Below, piece after piece: positions 59,625 through 64,000 of a stretch of DNA of 64,000 bases (the first letter of the stretch is position 1; each line of letters begins with the position of its first letter). This stretch comes from Solirubrobacterales bacterium (lineage in GTDB: Bacteria > Actinomycetota > Thermoleophilia > Solirubrobacterales > 70-9). The translations under genes and the position numbers were made by a program. The notes under the pieces were generated by a model that saw only the letters and a list, made by a program, of their open reading frames with translations, was not told the DNA's origin and did no database searches. Location of the stretch: NCBI GenBank assembly GCA_036277915.1, contig DASUMA010000011.1:7538-71537 (forward strand). The letters are read 5' to 3'.

Positions 59625-59673
59625 CACGCGTCTGCACCTACACGTCTATAGGACGTGTAGGTGCAGACGCGTG
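59625..59673. terminator. perfect 22-bp stem / 5-nt loop hairpin between convergent genes (bidirectional terminator candidate)
   Basis: CACGCGTCTGCACCTACACGTC-tatag-GACGTGTAGGTGCAGACGCGTG. It lies 14 nt after the SDR stop and 18 nt after the M1 peptidase stop. There is no U-tract. Confidence 0.7.
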
Positions 59674-59690
59674 CGGCCGAGACCGCGCGC

Positions 59691-62600
59691 CTAGCGGCGC
59701 GCGGTGACGATGCGGACTCGGGCCTCGGCGGCGGCGAAGCCGAAGACGATGGTCCGCTTGCCCGCGTACTGCAGCAGCGTCTCGATCTTGCCGTCCGCAC
59801 CGACCGCGACGCCGGGCTGGCGCGTGGTCTTGCCGCCCTTGACGGTCGAGATGCTGATCGCCGTCCCCTCCGGGGCTGGCGCCCGTTTGCCGTCGACCTC
59901 GCAGGTGAGGCTGCCGGTGTACCGGTAGGCCTTGCCCTTGCGCAGGGTGACGACGCCCTTCTTCGTGCGCAGCGGCTTCTTCACCGCCATCGCCAGCTGC
60001 GGTTTCGCGCAGACCGGCTCTTTCGCTTTCGCGATAGGAGCCGCGGCGATCGTGAACGAGACCTGCTTCGCGGTCTCGATCGCACCATCGCGATCGGTCG
60101 AGCGGTACTCGACCGTGTGATTGCCGAGGGCCGAGACCGTGAACGGCCCGGCGTAGGCCTGGAAGCCACCGCCGTCGATCCGGTACTCGGTGCTGGCGAC
60201 GCCGGCGGCATCGTCGGTCGCGGTCAGCGCCACGCCCACCGGGACGGTGGAGACGCCGTTGACGGGTGCCGGCAGCAGCGTCGCCGTGGTCACGGGAGCG
60301 TCGTTGACCAGCACCTCGATGCTGCGCTTCTGCTCGATGTCGCCCTGGGCGTCGGTCGAGAAGAAGGCGACCGTGTGGCTGCCGGTGCCGGTCAGCGTGA
60401 ATGGGCCGGTGTAGGCGCGCTCGGCGCCGCCGTCAACCGCGACGGTGGTCGCGGTGACTTTGGCCCCGCTGGTGCCGGGCACCGCCGTCAGGGTCACGGT
60501 CGGGTCGGTGAAGCGGCCGTTGACCGGGTCAGGCGAGAGAGCCGCCGTGGTCGTCGGCGCGGACTGCTGACAGCCGCCGTTGGCGTCGAAGAACGTCTTG
60601 CCACTGGCGCTGGCGACGAGGCCAGGGGCCGTGAGCTGCGGTTTGGTCGTCGTCGGGTCGGACCCCGGCGCCGCGAACTCGGTGTCCCACCATTCGGTGA
60701 AGAACGTGTCAAGGCGGTCCAGGCACGCTGGGCTCTGGTTCGGCAAGAACGCGGCGAACTGGGTCTTGACCTCGGACTCTTCGATCGTGCCGCCGCCGAA
60801 GTCCCGCTGGATCTTCTTCAGCGCGTCGCTGAAGTTGTCGTGGCCGAGGATCTCGCGCAGGGCGATGTAGGACAGCGCGGTCCGTTCGTAGGTGCTGCCG
60901 TTCGCGAACAGGGTCTCCGGCGTCGGATCCGACGGCGCGGAGGTCCAGTCGATTTCGCCGTTGCCCTCCAGCTCGTAGGTTTCTTCGAACTGTTCGACGA
61001 GGCTGCCCTCGAAGGCGGCGTCGCCGGCCGGGGTGTCAAGGCCACCGGCGTCTTCGGCTTCTTCGAGTGCGATCAGGAAGTTGCCGCTGAGTTCTGCCAG
61101 GCCCTCCTTGAAGAAGGTCTCGTTGTAGGAGGACTCAGAGACGTTGTCACCCCACCACTGGTGGAAGTTCTCGTGGTGGAAGGTCCCGCGCCGCACTCGG
61201 CCGTTGTTGATCGCGATCTTCGTCTGCATCTCCTCGGCAAAGGTCCGGTTGATGCCGACGACGATGCCGTTGGCGGTGAACGGGTAGGGGCCGCTGAATC
61301 GTTCCTGGAACGCGGTCACTTCTTCGTGGGTCGCGATGATCCCCTGGTTCAGGGCCGCCTGGGCGGGAGTGGCCAGGGGGGTTTCCGCGGTGTGGTAGAT
61401 CGTGCCGTCGTCCCCGATCCGCTGACTCAGGTCGAAGTTGACGATGCTGCTCGCGACCAGGTAGCTCGCCACCGGCTCCGGCGAGTGCCAGCGCCAGGTG
61501 GTCGACCCGGTCGGGAATGCGGCGTCCGGGAGGTTCTGCTTGACGGAGACGAGCTCCCCGTTTGCGATCGCGGTCATCCCCGAGCTGACTTTCTCGGTGA
61601 AGTCATAGGTCGGCTTCGCGGTCGGGTGGTTGTTCAGCGGCATCCAGGCCAGTCCGCCGACTGGCTCCGTGACGACGATGCTGTCGATCCCGGCGGGGGT
61701 GGTGCTGCGGAACCAGCCCTCGACGGAGCCGTCGCCGTCGGTGAAGACTCCCGGCCTGCCCGAGTACTCGACTTTGACGTCGAAGGTCTCGCCGGCCTGG
61801 AGCGGCGCGTCCGGCGTGATCACGAGCTTGTTTGCCGCACACGGCTGACCCACGGCGGCATCGCCTTCGCCGACCGGCGAGCAAGCCGGCGGGTTCGGGT
61901 TGGTGGCGCTGACCGGCGTGTCCTGGCCGGACTGGTGGGCGAGCGGATCCGGGTCGTCCGGTCCGTTCGGGTTGCCGGGGAAGGTCGGCTGCGCGAACTT
62001 GAACTCGGCTTCCTCGCCGTTGACGAAGACCTTTTCGACTTCCATGTCGGCGCCGGGCTGGGCAGCACCCGGATCACCGGCGGTCTCGCGGGCGAAGTCG
62101 AGGCTGAGCTCGCTCAGGCATTCCTCGGCGCGATCGGTGAGAACGACGTTGGTGCCGGGGAGGAACACGGTCTGGTCGCCATCAAAGACGAGGTTGACGC
62201 TGGTGTGGAGGCTGGTGTAGCCGCCGTTGCCCTGGTCGGGGTAGAGGTGTTCGCCGGGCTCGGAGAGGGACCGGGCACCGGGCGTGCACGTCGGGTCTGG
62301 ATCAACGCGGCGCGCCATCGCGGCGCGGACCGCGGGGCCGCGCACGGCGTCCGCCTGGCCGACGACGAGGCGCTGGACCGCGGTGGCGCAGCCGAGCTCG
62401 CCCTTGACGTCGGCCCGCTGGATGCAGGCGACGAGGCTGTAGGAGCCGTCGGCGATGCCGGCTGGAACCGAGACCTCGGTGCCGTAAGCCTTGGACTCGC
62501 CTGCTGCCACCTCGACGCTCGTCCTTCCCACGGCGAGGGGCTGGTGGCCGCCGAGGAGGAGGTTGACGACGATCTCGCCGTCGCCGTCCTCGGCGCCGGA

Positions 62601-62840
62601 GTTGGCGACGGTCCCGCTCAGCTCGAAGCTGTCGCCGGCACTTGCGCCGGCTGGGGCGGAGGAGACGGACGTGACCGCCAGGAGCGGGCCGTCGGTGTCG
62701 GCGGCCGCGGAGGCGACCGGGGCCGTCTGGGCGGGCGCATCGGACTGCGCGAGCGCAGTCGGGACGATGATCGCGAGTGCCGCGATCAGTGCGATGACGA
62801 TGCCGGCGTACCGCCGCATCGACGCAAGGCTTCGAGACAT
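59691..62840 (-). CDS. secreted multidomain M1-family zinc metallopeptidase
   Basis: 1049 aa with a signal peptide (IVIALIAALAIIVPTALAQS). HExxH-X18-E reads exactly HENFHQWWGDNVSESSYNETFFKE. The C-terminus has tandem Ig-like repeats (YTGPFTLTGTGSHTVAFFSTDAQGDIE and YAGPFTVSALGNHTVEYRSTDRDGAIE). Confidence 0.88.
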   Translation of the reverse strand: MSRSLASMRRYAGIVIALIAALAIIVPTALAQSDAPAQTAPVASAAADTDGPLLAVTSVSSAPAGASAGDSFELSGTVANSGAEDGDGEIVVNLLLGGHQPLAVGRTSVEVAAGESKAYGTEVSVPAGIADGSYSLVACIQRADVKGELGCATAVQRLVVGQADAVRGPAVRAAMARRVDPDPTCTPGARSLSEPGEHLYPDQGNGGYTSLHTSVNLVFDGDQTVFLPGTNVVLTDRAEECLSELSLDFARETAGDPGAAQPGADMEVEKVFVNGEEAEFKFAQPTFPGNPNGPDDPDPLAHQSGQDTPVSATNPNPPACSPVGEGDAAVGQPCAANKLVITPDAPLQAGETFDVKVEYSGRPGVFTDGDGSVEGWFRSTTPAGIDSIVVTEPVGGLAWMPLNNHPTAKPTYDFTEKVSSGMTAIANGELVSVKQNLPDAAFPTGSTTWRWHSPEPVASYLVASSIVNFDLSQRIGDDGTIYHTAETPLATPAQAALNQGIIATHEEVTAFQERFSGPYPFTANGIVVGINRTFAEEMQTKIAINNGRVRRGTFHHENFHQWWGDNVSESSYNETFFKEGLAELSGNFLIALEEAEDAGGLDTPAGDAAFEGSLVEQFEETYELEGNGEIDWTSAPSDPTPETLFANGSTYERTALSYIALREILGHDNFSDALKKIQRDFGGGTIEESEVKTQFAAFLPNQSPACLDRLDTFFTEWWDTEFAAPGSDPTTTKPQLTAPGLVASASGKTFFDANGGCQQSAPTTTAALSPDPVNGRFTDPTVTLTAVPGTSGAKVTATTVAVDGGAERAYTGPFTLTGTGSHTVAFFSTDAQGDIEQKRSIEVLVNDAPVTTATLLPAPVNGVSTVPVGVALTATDDAAGVASTEYRIDGGGFQAYAGPFTVSALGNHTVEYRSTDRDGAIETAKQVSFTIAAAPIAKAKEPVCAKPQLAMAVKKPLRTKKGVVTLRKGKAYRYTGSLTCEVDGKRAPAPEGTAISISTVKGGKTTRQPGVAVGADGKIETLLQYAGKRTIVFGFAAAEARVRIVTARR

Positions 62841-63186
62841 GTACCGCTCCTCCGAGATCGTTGAAAAATGCCGGGACCTAGCCTGCTTCTCGATTCGAAG
62901 CAGACCTATACGAGCGGCAAGTTACAAGGGAGTGAAACGACACCTCCGAAACGCTTCCCAAACGCTCAGGGATGCTCTAGGTATGAGAAACACGCCTTTT
63001 GCAGCGATGTATCCCTGATCTCCGAAAATGGCAGCGGCAAGCGGTGGACACACGATGTATCAACGAGGCGAGTTGAGCAGACCTGGCCCGCGCTCGGGAC
63101 CGCCGGGAGGGCGGTCATATACTGGCTCGACCGATTGACTGGTCAATCAAACGGCCGGCTCCGCCGGCTGCAGTGGAGGATACGTC

Positions 63187-64000
63187 TTGCGAGTAGCCGC
63201 GGTACAGCTCAACTCCAACGCCGACAAGGCACGAAACCTGGCCGCGGCCGAGCGCCTGGTCGCCGAGGCGGCTGCGGACGGCGCCGAGCTGGTCGTGCTG
63301 CCGGAGAAGTGGAACCTCCTGGCGGACGGGCCGGAGCTGGCGGCCGGGGCAGAGCCGCTCGACGGTCCCAGCCTCAGCGCCGCCCGAGAGTGGGCGCGGG
63401 CGCTCGGCGTCCACCTGCTCGCCGGCAGCATCAGCGAGCAGCACGGCGACGAGAAGGCGTCCAACACCTCGGTCCTGATCGGGCCGGACGGGGCGGACCT
63501 GGCGACCTACCGCAAGATCCACATGTTCGACGTCGATGCCGGCGGCGTCTCCTACCGCGAGTCTGCCTACGAGCAGGCGGGAACCGAGGTCGTGACCGCG
63601 CCGCTCGGCGACCTGACCCTCGGCCTCAGCGTCTGTTACGACCTGCGCTTCCCGGAGCTCTACCGGATCCTCGCCCTGCGCGGCGCCCGTCTGATCGCCG
63701 TCCCCTCGGCCTTCACGCTCGCCACCGGCCGCGACCACTGGGAGGTGCTGCTGCGAGCGCGGGCGATCGAGAACCAGGCCTTCCTAGTCGCTGCCAACCA
63801 GGTCGGCGCGGCGCCGCCCCACTACGAGTCCTTCGGGCACTCCATGATCGTTGATCCCTGGGGCGCGGTCCTGGCGAGCGCCCCCGACGAGGAGTGCTTC
63901 ATCGCCGCCGACCTCGACCTCGCCGAGCAGGACCGCGTCCGCGAGTCCCTGCCCTCGCTCGCCAACCGCCAGCCGGACGCCTACCGCTGGCCGCAGATCG
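63187..64000 (+). CDS. carbon-nitrogen hydrolase (nitrilase superfamily), 3'-truncated by window edge
   Basis: Not in the ORF track (no stop inside the window). My translation starts at TTG 63187, 6 nt after GGAGGA: LRVAAVQLNS...VVLPEKWN (catalytic Glu), YRKIHMFD (Lys), LSVCYDLRFPELY (Cys), GHSMIVDPWG. Confidence 0.88.
   Translation, partial: MRVAAVQLNSNADKARNLAAAERLVAEAAADGAELVVLPEKWNLLADGPELAAGAEPLDGPSLSAAREWARALGVHLLAGSISEQHGDEKASNTSVLIGPDGADLATYRKIHMFDVDAGGVSYRESAYEQAGTEVVTAPLGDLTLGLSVCYDLRFPELYRILALRGARLIAVPSAFTLATGRDHWEVLLRARAIENQAFLVAANQVGAAPPHYESFGHSMIVDPWGAVLASAPDEECFIAADLDLAEQDRVRESLPSLANRQPDAYRWPQI

Noticed and set aside
62868-63854. A 328-aa plus-strand ORF starting in the long intergenic region.
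   Set aside because: It runs out of frame through the nitrilase-family gene, whose own frame shows the catalytic Glu-Lys-Cys motifs. The downstream two-thirds are Arg/Gly/Pro junk, and there is no SD at its ATG.

Overview
This is a gene-dense 64-kb chromosomal segment of about 70% GC from a high-GC Gram-positive (Actinomycetota-like) genome. The exact taxon cannot be established from the sequence alone. I support 66 CDS, one tRNA and a few structured or regulatory elements. I saw no rRNA, CRISPR array, transposase or integrase. Gene order: the 3' part of a penicillin-acylase-family gene and an O-methyltransferase; the ribosomal block rpmJ-rpsM-rpsK-rpsD-rpoA-rplQ; an inverted truA; surE and ligA. 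Next come a PBP4-type peptidase, a patatin-like lipase, an unusual Vps62-like/S8-subtilase fusion, an acyl-CoA ligase, a DsbA-like protein and alpha/beta hydrolases. A Phd/YefM-VapC toxin-antitoxin pair sits beside tRNA-Pro(CGG). Further on are a clan-A glycosidase, Fe/Mn SOD, a GMC oxidoreductase with rubredoxin, LemA, Nudix, an ECF sigma with an anti-sigma-like partner, MarR-MFS, YaaA, bioB-bioF-bioD, GH3, a CHASE-GGDEF protein and AlkA. These are followed by a crotonase with a free-standing biotinyl carrier, GT2-glpK-plsC, an MBL hydrolase, SDRs, an F420-type DDN protein, VOC, a GAP-like membrane protein, an NTF2-like protein, SixA and a Cys-rich RTX-like secreted protein. The last part holds two acyl-CoA dehydrogenases divergent from a translationally coupled operon (crotonase, carboxyltransferase, BKACE, OsmC, CoA-transferase, MerR), a class III cyclase-ATPase-TPR protein, an SDR, a large secreted M1 metallopeptidase and a 3'-truncated nitrilase-family gene. 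The items most worth a second look are: (1) an orphan ORC/Cdc6-like P-loop NTPase with a C-terminal wHTH in a reduced-GC islet wedged between native genes (46.2-47.5 kb); (2) the signal-peptide-less Vps62-like/S8 protease fusion next to the patatin gene (11.6-14.0 kb); (3) a Liu-like catabolic cluster in which a BKACE enzyme, an OsmC protein and a family III CoA-transferase sit where a lyase and a biotin carboxylase would be expected (47.5-55.7 kb); (4) a roughly 110-nt composite inverted-repeat element between ligA and the PBP4 gene; (5) several perfect intergenic hairpins and palindromic operators. All functional calls rest on motifs I read in the translations and on recalled family signatures. 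No database search was run.
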